36,244 nucleotides of DNA, taken from IMG/VR virus record IMGVR_UViG_3300039306_000021, positions 1-36,244 of that record. One strand, given 5' to 3'. Below are positions 18,425 through 27,373 of the stretch, one piece after another (the first letter of the stretch is position 1; the number at the start of each line of letters is the position of its first letter). The notes below the pieces were generated by a model, which made no database searches, had not been told where the DNA came from, and was given only the letters and a program-made list of their open reading frames with translations. Source of the DNA: a virus. Taxonomy: Duplodnaviria > Caudoviricetes. The translations under genes were made by a program, and so were the position numbers.

Positions 18425-20083
18425 CTAGACCACTAGTACGCTATTGAAGTCGGGCATACTCATGATTACGTCAGTGCCGACGTAGAGCATGTGCAGATCC
18501 ACCGTATCGGTGAAGTGAGTGGCGTGCTCCTGCGGGAAGCTTTCCTTCCGCTCACTGGTCTTGATCTTAGCGATGTTGCCCTTGGTGTCCTGACCTACGG
18601 GGGCCAGCAGCATGGCCTGCACCACGTCCTTGGTATTGACCTTGTTGAAGCGCATGCGGTACCGACGTGGGTCCTTCTCCTCCAGTATCTCCTGCCCTAC
18701 CAGGTAGCGCGTGGGGTGACCGGGCACGCGGCCCAGGCTCGCCCGAGTCACGCGCCAGCCCCTGCTCTGGAGCACCTTGATGAAGGTCTCATTCAGGGTC
18801 CAGGGGCTGTTGGGGTTGCGGTTGTTACCCCACTCGGCATCTTCCAGGAAGATGAGCTCCTTGCGCAGATGATGCTGATAGTAGTCACAGAAGGCATGCG
18901 CCAGGTCACTTACCATCTTCGGGTGCTTGACGTACATGCCCTTCAGCAGGCGGTATTCACGCACATCCTCGTGCTTCTGGCCCAGGGTGAGCACGGAGAT
19001 CTTACCACCCCAGTCCACGGCCCCTACGATGGGCAAGTGGCTGCGACAGTCCGAATCCATCCGACTATCCTGGGCACTGAGCTTCTTCAGGTTAAACTCC
19101 AGGCCCAGTACGTACTCATCGGCATCCGCATCCACCACGTGGCGGGCCTGGTTGAGTTTAGGGTAAAACCCACCCTCAACCGTGGTAGGCCGCCGATTCA
19201 TAATTTCGATCATGAAGGTGAAGTCCGTCATGAAGCGGCGCTGGTCGAGCAGGTACTGCAGGCCCAGGTTCTGGATATTATCGAACGCGTTGGCCTCCGA
19301 GTAGAAACTACCCTTATTGGCCGCGCTCGGGTAGTAGCGGATGTCCTGCATCAGCTTTACCACCTCTTCCCGCCAGATATGCAGTCGCTGCTCATCGGTT
19401 TCGGCGTCAATGAAGCGCACCTGGGCCGCAATCAGCTCATTCTGCCGCTGGGTAAGGTCTATGCCGTCGTTTTCGTAGTAGTTAGCTTTGTCCAGCAGCC
19501 AGCGGCCCTGGTCGCCCCAGGGCATGGACGAAAACAGGAATACGCCGTGATGCTTCGGGTTTTTACCAAAATACTGGCCGTTGCCGCGGTTGGTGGCTGA
19601 GAGGTCAGCATCGAGCTTCTCCTTGTTGAAGAGCAGGGCCTCATCGCCAATAAAGCCGTCCACGTTCAGACCACGCGAGGCCGAGCCACCGGCATCCAGG
19701 CTTACCAGGTGAAAGCCAGTGCCGTTGCGGAAGATGATAAAGTGGTCGTAGCTCAGCGGCCCCTGGATGGGCCGATCAAAGAGCTTAGAGGGTGGCGGGC
19801 GGCGGCCCACGTAGAAGTCCCGGTCCAATTGGTAGCCCAGGGCCTCCAGACCGGCAATCGTCGAGGGCAACGTGCGCGTGAGCACCTGCTTGTAGGTCGA
19901 GCCCACAATGACCCAGCTGCTGCGGGGCATCGTCTGCACGATTTCGTGGATGTCCCAGGCGATAATCGTCGACTTACCCGTACCGCGGCCCCAGACGCTG
20001 GTTCCCTCCTTCTTGCCCTTGGCCGTGATGTAGCGCAGTTGCGGCTGGTTGAAGCGCAGCTTAATCTGATCAACGATGACCAC
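18425..20083 (-). CDS. terL: Terminase large subunit
   Basis: Walker A WGRGTGKS, Walker B GFIGDEA, nuclease-domain VDWG and THFTDTVD. Confidence 0.92.
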   Translation of the reverse strand: MVIVDQIKLRFNQPQLRYITAKGKKEGTSVWGRGTGKSTIIAWDIHEIVQTMPRSSWVIVGSTYKQVLTRTLPSTIAGLEALGYQLDRDFYVGRRPPPSKLFDRPIQGPLSYDHFIIFRNGTGFHLVSLDAGGSASRGLNVDGFIGDEALLFNKEKLDADLSATNRGNGQYFGKNPKHHGVFLFSSMPWGDQGRWLLDKANYYENDGIDLTQRQNELIAAQVRFIDAETDEQRLHIWREEVVKLMQDIRYYPSAANKGSFYSEANAFDNIQNLGLQYLLDQRRFMTDFTFMIEIMNRRPTTVEGGFYPKLNQARHVVDADADEYVLGLEFNLKKLSAQDSRMDSDCRSHLPIVGAVDWGGKISVLTLGQKHEDVREYRLLKGMYVKHPKMVSDLAHAFCDYYQHHLRKELIFLEDAEWGNNRNPNSPWTLNETFIKVLQSRGWRVTRASLGRVPGHPTRYLVGQEILEEKDPRRYRMRFNKVNTKDVVQAMLLAPVGQDTKGNIAKIKTSERKESFPQEHATHFTDTVDLHMLYVGTDVIMSMPDFNSVLVV

Positions 20084-20768
20084 TGCCTGCGCCCTCCTCG
20101 CGCCGCTCCACGAGCATAGCCTCCATCTGGTCGGCGCCGAACACGCTCTGCTGCACCGCCTGCTGGATCAGCTCAAACTCGGCCTCCTGCACGTCGTCGA
20201 GCTTGCTCAGATCGATCGTGCGCGGCTTGCTGGAGCCCTGCACAGTGAGGTTAATCACGTAGCTCGTGTTGCCCCCACCACTGGCCGCTTCTTCCTGGCC
20301 CGAGTCGGCCCGTAGCAGCCCGGCGATGTTGGCCTCGAACTTCATCGCCTGCAGGGCCGCCCGGGTGTCGGGCGGCCGCTGGGTGAGGGCCAGTTGGAGG
20401 ATCTTGCGGGCAAATTCGATCAGGATGGCTTTGCGGCCCTCCTTGCGCACTTTCTTCAAATCGCCCATCAGGTTCTGGGCATCCGAGAGGCGCCGGTAGC
20501 ACGTGGCCCGGCTCAGCCCCCCGAATTGCTTGGAGAGTAGCGGCCAAGCCTGGTCGAAGGTGTGGTAGTTGCTCAGCAGCGCGTAGGCGGCCTCGATCTG
20601 CTGATTCACCAGCTGATCGGCCGGCGAGAGGCCCCTGATGCCTGGGCCGGTGCCGTTGGCCTCCTCGATGCTGGCAGCGTAGATGCGCTCGACGGCCGTC
20701 GACTTGTGCAGGATCACGTCCGAAGCCCCGGGCAGATCCTTTGGCGGCGGTTGGGGGGTGATAGACAC
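20070..20768 (-). CDS. Putative terminase small subunit
   Basis: Overlaps the terL start; HTH-like LSKQFGGLSRATCYRRL; helical. Confidence 0.55.
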   Translation of the reverse strand: MSITPQPPPKDLPGASDVILHKSTAVERIYAASIEEANGTGPGIRGLSPADQLVNQQIEAAYALLSNYHTFDQAWPLLSKQFGGLSRATCYRRLSDAQNLMGDLKKVRKEGRKAILIEFARKILQLALTQRPPDTRAALQAMKFEANIAGLLRADSGQEEAASGGGNTSYVINLTVQGSSKPRTIDLSKLDDVQEAEFELIQQAVQQSVFGADQMEAMLVERREEGAGSGHR

Positions 20769-20769
20769 G

Positions 20770-21378
20770 TTACGGAGTAGTTAGTGTTGAACGGATGAGG
20801 GCGATATCCCTCTCAATACCCGGCAGCTCCTCGACGCGCTCCGGGCGCTTGCGGATTCGGGAGCGATGGGCAATCAGGTTGGTGAGGCGCCGCTGCAGGG
20901 CAGCCGCATCAACCTCATCGGCCACTGGCACCGGACCAGGGAGCCGGCCGTGCTCGATCACATGCTTTTCGGCTTCTTCGAGCTGGTACACCTGGTCGGT
21001 CAGCTCGCAGATGCGAGCGCACATCTTCTGGCGATCGGTTTTGGTTACCCGTGGCGCTGTCAGCTGCGCCCGGAGTCGGTCGCGCTCATCGCGGCAGGCC
21101 TTCTTGCGACTGCGCAGCGGCTGCAAGGCTTGCTCCTGCCCCAGCGCCGCGCCCCCTGACGCGGGGGCAGCCAGGGGCGCGGCGCTGGACCTAGGCAAGG
21201 GCGGGGCCGCGGCCAGCGCCTGGAGCGCACGCACGAGCAGCTGCCGGCTGTAGCGCGTCTCGCCCTGGGCAAATAGCTGCTGGTAGGTAGCACTGCTGCC
21301 CAGCCGCGCGTAGAGCTGCACGCCGGCGGCATAATCAGCCGGCTGCGCGAGCCAGGCAGTGAGGTCAGGTGATTGCAT
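20770..21378 (-). CDS. Phage hypothetical helical protein
   Basis: Start moved to MQSPDL at 21378, 4 nt after promoter P3; WL....DY..GVQLY motif. Confidence 0.7.
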   Translation of the reverse strand: MQSPDLTAWLAQPADYAAGVQLYARLGSSATYQQLFAQGETRYSRQLLVRALQALAAAPPLPRSSAAPLAAPASGGAALGQEQALQPLRSRKKACRDERDRLRAQLTAPRVTKTDRQKMCARICELTDQVYQLEEAEKHVIEHGRLPGPVPVADEVDAAALQRRLTNLIAHRSRIRKRPERVEELPGIERDIALIRSTLTTP

Positions 21379-21382
21379 GACC

Positions 21383-21417
21383 CAAAACTGCCGCGGGCTG
21401 CCTCGGCGAAAAAGGAC
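21383..21417 (-). promoter_or_regulatory. Late promoter copy P3
   Basis: GTCCTTTT-19 nt-CAGTTTTG; spacer nearly identical to that of P1. Confidence 0.75.
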
Positions 21418-21419
21418 GC

Positions 21420-21450
21420 AAAAAAGCCCCAGCCATGCGGCTGGGGCCTT
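21420..21450 (-). terminator. Intrinsic terminator abutting P3
   Basis: GCCCCAGCC/GGCTGGGGC stem with T6 on the minus strand. Confidence 0.8.
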
Positions 21451-21472
21451 TCCCTCACTCACCGGTTTCTCC

Positions 21473-21718
21473 CTACACGGTGTTCTTTTTCTTACCTACT
21501 GGGGCCGCTTTCTTCCCCCTCTTCTTCTTGGCCACCAGGTAGGTGAATTCGGGATCCTTCACCAGCTCATCCGCTTCCGAGAGGGTAAGCCGGGTGAGGT
21601 CTACTCGACGGCCGAGTCGCTGGATATCGATAACACAGGGCGTTAGAGTGGCAGTGTACTTATCGGCGACTTCCGGCCGCAGGCGTTGCTGGCGAAGGAT
21701 CTGCTGCTGGTCCATCAC
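21473..21718 (-). CDS. Small phage protein
   Basis: 81 aa, overlaps the tube stop codon, basic C-terminal tail. Confidence 0.65.
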   Translation of the reverse strand: MMDQQQILRQQRLRPEVADKYTATLTPCVIDIQRLGRRVDLTRLTLSEADELVKDPEFTYLVAKKKRGKKAAPVGKKKNTV

Positions 21719-22311
21719 TAGTTGCCGGCCGCTGGCTCTGGCTCGGGTGAAGGCACGTTATTGACCGTATTTTCGGGCTTGTAGGTGATATCGCCTTTGT
21801 AGATTTTGATACCGCTGGCGTAGCACTCGCCTTTGAGCGTGGTGCCGCGACGGCCCCCCGAAATTTTACCCGAGCCGTAGGCCGGCGCTATTTCCACCGG
21901 CAAGCCATCGGCGCCCACCTGGATGTAGGTGCCATCGGCATCCGGGGCCAGCATGATGCCGTCGATGTTCTTGAGCAGGTTGAAGAATTCCAGCGCCTCG
22001 GGCTTGTTGCCGGGGTGAAACCCGTCGAATTCGATTTTCTGCCCGCGGCCGTCCCGTTCGCCCACCACGCTTCCTTTCAGCTCGTTGCTGTCCAGGGTGA
22101 GGTAAATGCGGATGAAGCCGAAGCCCGGCTTGAAGACGTGTTTATCAGCGATGATAGCCGAGGTGCCGGCGGCCGCCGTGGCCGAGTACTTCGGGGCCTT
22201 GGCAATGGTCTGGAACCAGTCGGTGGCGGCCCAGAGCACGTAGTTGAGCAAGCCGGGGGTGTTGTCCTCGCCGTTGAGGCCACCCAGGCTCTGTAATTTC
22301 GACAAATCCAT
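21718..22311 (-). CDS. Major tail tube protein
   Basis: 197 aa beta-rich; EDNTPG start and DADG..IQVG...P....YGSG...RRG pattern. Confidence 0.65.
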   Translation of the reverse strand: MDLSKLQSLGGLNGEDNTPGLLNYVLWAATDWFQTIAKAPKYSATAAAGTSAIIADKHVFKPGFGFIRIYLTLDSNELKGSVVGERDGRGQKIEFDGFHPGNKPEALEFFNLLKNIDGIMLAPDADGTYIQVGADGLPVEIAPAYGSGKISGGRRGTTLKGECYASGIKIYKGDITYKPENTVNNVPSPEPEPAAGN

Positions 22312-22366
22312 CAGGAGTGGGTCGTTAGTCTTGGTTGAATGAGTACTTGGCTACTGCTGGGCAGAA

Positions 22367-22828
22367 CTACTTGGTGGCCTGCACCTTTACAAGGGGCACG
22401 AGCAGGCCGCTCTTCGAGTCAACCAGGTGCTTGAGTGCCTGCTCGTTTTCACCCAAGTCCTCAGCCTTCACCACCTCGCCCTGCACCTTAAACTGCTTGC
22501 CCAGCACGCGGTACTGCTGCCCGGCGTAGATCACCACGGTAGTATCGCTGGCCGCCACCGCCGACTCGGCGCTCTTTAACGCTTCGGCCTGCCCCTCAAT
22601 AACTGCCTGGGCGGCAGTCAGCTCACTCTTAACAGCCACCAGTTCAGCCCTGGCAGCCGCTACGTCGGTTTTAGCGGTGGTCAGTTTGCCCTTGGTGGCT
22701 TCCAACTCACTTTTGGCCGTAGCCAGTTTGCTCTTTGTTGTATCGAGCTCGCCCTGCAGGCGGGTATTTTCTGCCGTTACCGACTCGAGGGAAGGCTGGC
22801 GGGTTTCTTCGGTAGTATTCTCAGGCAT
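22367..22828 (-). CDS. Coiled-coil phage protein
   Basis: Clean heptad repeats (LDTTKSK LATAKSE LEATKGK LTTAKTD) plus a small C-terminal domain. Confidence 0.75.
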   Translation of the reverse strand: MPENTTEETRQPSLESVTAENTRLQGELDTTKSKLATAKSELEATKGKLTTAKTDVAAARAELVAVKSELTAAQAVIEGQAEALKSAESAVAASDTTVVIYAGQQYRVLGKQFKVQGEVVKAEDLGENEQALKHLVDSKSGLLVPLVKVQATK

Positions 22829-22922
22829 GGCCAGTAGAAGCTAAAGGATGAAAATGAAACTGCGGTTGCATGCGCTGCACAAGGGCCAGCCCCCAGGCAG
22901 GGACCGGCTCCTGTCATCCGGC

Positions 22923-23882
22923 TTACCCCAGCTCCTGGTCGTTGGTAAAGACGATTTCGGGGATGATGAAGCCCAGGCCCATGCTGAAGTCGGTAAAGAA
23001 CTTGAGCAGACGGTCGATGCTCTCGATCTGCACCTTGCTCTGGTTCTGCATGCGCTTGCGCAGCATGATAGCATTGCCCTTGGGCGTGCACCAGATCTTC
23101 TGCGTGTTGCGGTGCGAGGGCAGCGGCTGCAGGGTGATGTTGGTGTTGTTGACCGTCAGGCCCAGCGCCCCACCCCCGGTGTTCTTGCCGTACTTGCGCT
23201 CCTGGCCCCGCAAAAAGGCCCGGGCTACGGACTCGGAGCAGCCCAGCATCATGGGAATGTTCCAGTAGTCCTTGTGGATGTTATCCACGAAGGCTTCGAA
23301 CTGATCCACCAGCGCCAGCGGGTCGCCTACTTCCAGCGCGCCGGTGACGATGGGCTCCATCCGGCCCGATTGGATGTGGGTGTTGATGGTGTATTTGAGC
23401 CCGTCCAGGGACGTGCCGGCGGCCCCGGGCACGCCGGGCTGCGGAGCCACATACTTGCCCTGGAAAATCTCCTCGAACTCGATATCCTGCTTGATTTGCG
23501 GGATCAGGTACACTTCCACGTACCAGCGCACGAAGGGCCAGGTCTTGCGGTCAATGTCCTCGCCGTCGAGAAAGCCCAGCCAGCTCGACTCCAGATCGTC
23601 CGGGTACTCCTGGGCGTCGACCTTCATCTTGAACTGCTTGATCTCTACCGGCACGAATTCTACGCCAGCCAGCGGCGTGAAGGCCTTCTGGAAGGGCTGC
23701 ACCACGCGGGTAAACAGGGCCTTGGCCGCGCGCCAGATGGTGTCGTCCGTGTTCACGGGCGTGAACATGCTCTCCGTGGTGGTGGCCGAGCGCAGCAGCG
23801 TGTAGAGGCGGCTCAGGTTCTGGCCCTGGTTGAGGTAGTAGGCGCCGAACTGGGCAACTACGTCGGTAATTTCTAAAGCCAT
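22923..23882 (-). CDS. Major capsid protein
   Basis: 319 aa directly after the protease-scaffold; VVQPFQKAFTP, SWLGFL and WPF..W motifs. Confidence 0.8.
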   Translation of the reverse strand: MALEITDVVAQFGAYYLNQGQNLSRLYTLLRSATTTESMFTPVNTDDTIWRAAKALFTRVVQPFQKAFTPLAGVEFVPVEIKQFKMKVDAQEYPDDLESSWLGFLDGEDIDRKTWPFVRWYVEVYLIPQIKQDIEFEEIFQGKYVAPQPGVPGAAGTSLDGLKYTINTHIQSGRMEPIVTGALEVGDPLALVDQFEAFVDNIHKDYWNIPMMLGCSESVARAFLRGQERKYGKNTGGGALGLTVNNTNITLQPLPSHRNTQKIWCTPKGNAIMLRKRMQNQSKVQIESIDRLLKFFTDFSMGLGFIIPEIVFTNDQELG

Positions 23883-23934
23883 CAGATGGGGCTTGGTAAG
23901 GGTGAAAAACTTGAGTTAGTGCGGGAGCCGAAGC

Positions 23935-25302
23935 CTAGCTCAGGCCGAGCATTTTGTTGTGCAGGGCCTCCACCGTCTTCTGGTGGTCGCTGGCGCCGGG
24001 CTCCTGCACGTCGTTTTTGCCCTCTGACTTGTGGGGAGTGGTTACATGCGCCCCGGGCTGCTTACCGAGGCGCTCCACTTCCTTTTCGGCCTTATCAGCG
24101 CGCTCCGTCTCGTTTTTGAGGTCGAGCGCGGCCCTATCGGCGGCATCTTTCGCGGTAGCCGCCGCCTTCTCAGCCGCCTCTACCCGGCTGGCCTTGGCCG
24201 TCAGGGCATCAAAGTCAGCCTTGCTGACAAGAGCCGCATCCGTGATGTTTGCTTCCTCCAGCTGCTCGTTGGCGGCCTCTACCAGGGCGGTCGTCATAGC
24301 GGCGCCGGTCAGGCCTGCCAGGGCGGTCAGCGCCGAGAATTTGTTCTTTCCGAACATGGTATTGTCAGGTGAATTGATGACTTTTTTGGGGGTACTACCG
24401 CCTCTGCGGGCGGCGTTTTCGGCCAGGTTCAGGGCCAGCTGCACAGCCTCCTCGAAGGAGCCCATCTGGTCGGCCAGGCCGTTGCGTACCGAGGCCTCGC
24501 CGATATAGACCATGCCCGAGAGCAGCTCTTTCTCCTGCTTGGCATCGAGCTTACCGGCGCGATTGGCGCGCACAGCGTCCAGGAACACGTTGTTGAGCGG
24601 ATCCAGCAGTTGGGCTCGGATGGGCTTATAGTTGCCCTTGATCGCCTCCGCGAAGGCCGCATTCTTGTTGGTAGACTCGGTGGCGTTGATCACGTGGTCC
24701 TCAATACCCAAGCGCGCATTGGCCTTGGAGTAGTCGCGGAAGCTGACCATGGTACCAATGGAGCCCACCATGGCCGTGCGGCCGGCCACGACGATGGCAT
24801 CGCCGCTCGAGCCGCTCCAGTAGCCGGCCGAGCACATCTGCTGGGCCCAGCTCACGAAGGGCTTCTGGGTGCTGGCGATGATGCCCGCGAAATTTTCCAG
24901 GCCCTGGGTCGAGCCGCCGGGCGTATTGAAGCGGCCCACGTGCGCCACGATGCTCTGGTGGGCGTCGGCCTCGCGGATCAACTGCCCGATGCTCTGGGTG
25001 CCCAGGCTCCAGCACGTGTCCGACTCCATCATCACGCCCTCAATGGTATGCACGGCCACCGAGCCGGCCGGCACATCCTCCAGCGACTCGTAGCCCATAA
25101 TGCCCAGTTCCGCGGCGTGTGGGGTCAGGGCGAAGAAGGCCTTGCTCGGAAGCGTAATTTCCACGCCCTCTCCCACCCAGTCGGCTGCCCGGAACTTGCC
25201 CTCGCGCAGCTGCTCTGCCAGGGGCAGATAGTTCTGGATGGCATTGGCTTCCAGCAGGAAGAAGCCATTCAGGACCGCAAAGAGTAAAGGATTGACGCGC
25301 AT
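23935..25302 (-). CDS. S49 (SppA/ClpP-like) prohead protease with C-terminal scaffold
   Basis: NTPGG, CSAGYW and VGSIGT S49 motifs; start moved to ATG 25302; Ala-rich coiled-coil C-terminus. Confidence 0.9.
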   Translation of the reverse strand: MRVNPLLFAVLNGFFLLEANAIQNYLPLAEQLREGKFRAADWVGEGVEITLPSKAFFALTPHAAELGIMGYESLEDVPAGSVAVHTIEGVMMESDTCWSLGTQSIGQLIREADAHQSIVAHVGRFNTPGGSTQGLENFAGIIASTQKPFVSWAQQMCSAGYWSGSSGDAIVVAGRTAMVGSIGTMVSFRDYSKANARLGIEDHVINATESTNKNAAFAEAIKGNYKPIRAQLLDPLNNVFLDAVRANRAGKLDAKQEKELLSGMVYIGEASVRNGLADQMGSFEEAVQLALNLAENAARRGGSTPKKVINSPDNTMFGKNKFSALTALAGLTGAAMTTALVEAANEQLEEANITDAALVSKADFDALTAKASRVEAAEKAAATAKDAADRAALDLKNETERADKAEKEVERLGKQPGAHVTTPHKSEGKNDVQEPGASDHQKTVEALHNKMLGLS

Positions 25303-25324
25303 CGAGTAAAGGTTGAAATCGATG

Positions 25325-25359
25325 CAAAGCTGCCGGCGCCGCGGCCACGCCAAAAGGAC
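25325..25359 (-). promoter_or_regulatory. Late promoter copy P4
   Basis: GTCCTTTT-19 nt-CAGCTTTG upstream of the protease gene. Confidence 0.75.
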
Positions 25360-25361
25360 AC

Positions 25362-25393
25362 AAAAAAGCCCTCGACCAGCTACAGTCGAGGGC
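25362..25393 (-). terminator. Intrinsic terminator abutting P4
   Basis: GCCCTCGAC/GTCGAGGGC stem with T6 on the minus strand. Confidence 0.8.
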
Positions 25394-25417
25394 GGTGTAA
25401 CCAGGCGCCTGGTACGG

Positions 25418-26383
25418 TTAGAAAAACAGCACCGAATTGCCCGGCGTGAAATACACGTAGGTGTTGGCCTTGATTTCTAGGTCAAGATAATTTGCTTCAC
25501 CCGTGAGGTTGCGCACCTCATAATCAATCGTGGAGCCGCCCCCTGCGTATTGAATTTCCCCATTGAGCTTGATGCGGTACTCTATGCCGCGGCCCTGCCC
25601 AATGTTGAGCCGAATGCCGCTGAAGATGTAAATGCGCACCGTGTTCAGCCATTCACCTGCCGTGCCGGTTCGCTCCGGACTGGTTTGCGACCCGGTCCAG
25701 CCCGGGCCAAACACGTAGTCCTGGTACGTTAGGGGCCGCGCCAGATTGCCTTGCACCCGCACCTCATGGAAGGCGGAGCCGCCCACGCCGCCGAAAAACG
25801 CTGCCGGATAGTACAGGGCCTGGGGGGCACCACTGGGCTCGGTATACAGCAGCTGCGTGCCGCAGAAGTAATCGATGCGCGTATCGTGCACGTCAATCAT
25901 CAGCCGCTGGTCGGGTTGCATGGTGCCGGCCGCTTTCTGCGAGCCGTTATGCAGCACTAAGTAGTCGTAGCCGTTCAAGGCAAAGCAATAGTCCAGGCTC
26001 CGTGCCAGGATGGTTTCGCCCGCATTATACACCGTGGACTTCCACCCTATGCGGTTTTCTCCGGCCGAGCCGTTGTAGCCCGCGGCCAGGCGGCCCCGCA
26101 GGCCCGCACCGTTATTTTGCAGGATCGGACTCCCCTGCCCCCACGAGCTGCCGCCCCCGGCGCTCGCGATCACGGTGCCGTTGGCCTGCGCAGCGGACTG
26201 ATTCAGCTGCGGCCAGCCGACAATGATCCCGAAGGGCGCGTTCGGGCTTGCCGGCACGACGGCCGTGGCCTCGTAGCCGGCGGGGATGTTGCCATTAGCC
26301 CGCTTGCGCAGGTGTACGACTTGCCCCGGCGTTGCGCCAGGTAGTTGAAACGGGTTGGAAAGCGCTATTTGCCAGTCAGCCAT
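25418..26383 (-). CDS. Appendage tip protein (G5), beta-sandwich/lectin-like, candidate receptor binding
   Basis: 321 aa, Gly/aromatic beta-rich; last gene of the fibre operon. Confidence 0.55.
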   Translation of the reverse strand: MADWQIALSNPFQLPGATPGQVVHLRKRANGNIPAGYEATAVVPASPNAPFGIIVGWPQLNQSAAQANGTVIASAGGGSSWGQGSPILQNNGAGLRGRLAAGYNGSAGENRIGWKSTVYNAGETILARSLDYCFALNGYDYLVLHNGSQKAAGTMQPDQRLMIDVHDTRIDYFCGTQLLYTEPSGAPQALYYPAAFFGGVGGSAFHEVRVQGNLARPLTYQDYVFGPGWTGSQTSPERTGTAGEWLNTVRIYIFSGIRLNIGQGRGIEYRIKLNGEIQYAGGGSTIDYEVRNLTGEANYLDLEIKANTYVYFTPGNSVLFF

Positions 26384-26385
26384 GT

Positions 26386-27369
26386 CTAGGAAAGATAAAA
26401 TTCGTACTCACTCGGCACCTCGCCCGCCGGCAGGTTCCATTGCGTATTGCCGCGGTAATCCACCTGCAGGCCCGTTGGCGCGGCCGGCGTGCTGGGGGTG
26501 GCGGGCGCACTCGTGCCGCTGCCCTCGTTAATGAGCCGGTAAATGGCCTGCAGCGGCGTCAGGCCCGCCCAGTCCTGCTTGGTGGCATTCAGGAAATTAC
26601 CATCCAGCAACACCGATTCCAGTGCCAGCACCCGGGTGCTCAGCGCGGCCGTGGTGGCATTATTCGTCTTGTTATTGACCGCGGCCTGCAGCGCAGCCAA
26701 CTCGTCCTTGGAAGCCGCGTTTTGCAGCTGAATGAGCAGGGCATTGGTGAGAGCGTTTGTATCCGGGTTGCTCTCATAGGCTGCTTTGATCTGCGAGGCC
26801 GAGAGCCGCTCGTTGAGCAGGTCCGGGTCCGAGAGCTTCACGTACGCAGCGTTCTGCCCCGTGCTGGTGGCCCGGTACAGGGCCCAGCGCCCATCCCCGT
26901 CATCCGAAACGAACACATTGAAGGGCAGCTTGGGAATGGTATAGGCGTTACGGTCAGCCACGGTGGCCACCGTCACCTCCGAGAACTGCCCGGCAATCAG
27001 GTTGTAGAGCTTCTGCAGGGTGTTGCCCGCTTCCGGCACTCCATCCTGCAGGTGCACGTCGTAGGCCTTGAGCAGCACACCGACAGCCTCCGAGAAGTCC
27101 GAGATGGTGCTGGCCGGCTGCGTGCCGAAGTGGTTGGGGCGGTACTTGGCGTAGTAAATCTGCTCGGCCGTGGCGCCGCGCTCGTTTTCCAGCGCATCAA
27201 GTCGCCGGTCCTGCGCTACCAGCTCCTGCTCGGCCTCATCGAGGTCCTGGAATACGGTATCAAGTTGCCGCTGCAGCGCCACGTCCGAGCCGTCCACGTA
27301 CTGCGTGGTGGCCCGCTCATCCAGTTCCTGCCGGAGCCGGTTAACCTCTTTTATTTCGAGAGCATCCAT
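26386..27369 (-). CDS. Fibre shaft protein (G4)
   Basis: Start moved to MDALEIKE at 27369; coiled coils; DGVPEAGNTLQKL, VATVADRNA and SQIKAAYESNPDTNA fibre-type motifs. Confidence 0.65.
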   Translation of the reverse strand: MDALEIKEVNRLRQELDERATTQYVDGSDVALQRQLDTVFQDLDEAEQELVAQDRRLDALENERGATAEQIYYAKYRPNHFGTQPASTISDFSEAVGVLLKAYDVHLQDGVPEAGNTLQKLYNLIAGQFSEVTVATVADRNAYTIPKLPFNVFVSDDGDGRWALYRATSTGQNAAYVKLSDPDLLNERLSASQIKAAYESNPDTNALTNALLIQLQNAASKDELAALQAAVNNKTNNATTAALSTRVLALESVLLDGNFLNATKQDWAGLTPLQAIYRLINEGSGTSAPATPSTPAAPTGLQVDYRGNTQWNLPAGEVPSEYEFYLS

Positions 27370-27373
27370 CGTC

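Noticed and set aside
23281-23289. DnaA-like TTATCCACG in the capsid gene
   Set aside because: It is an isolated, imperfect match with no cluster or AT-rich context.
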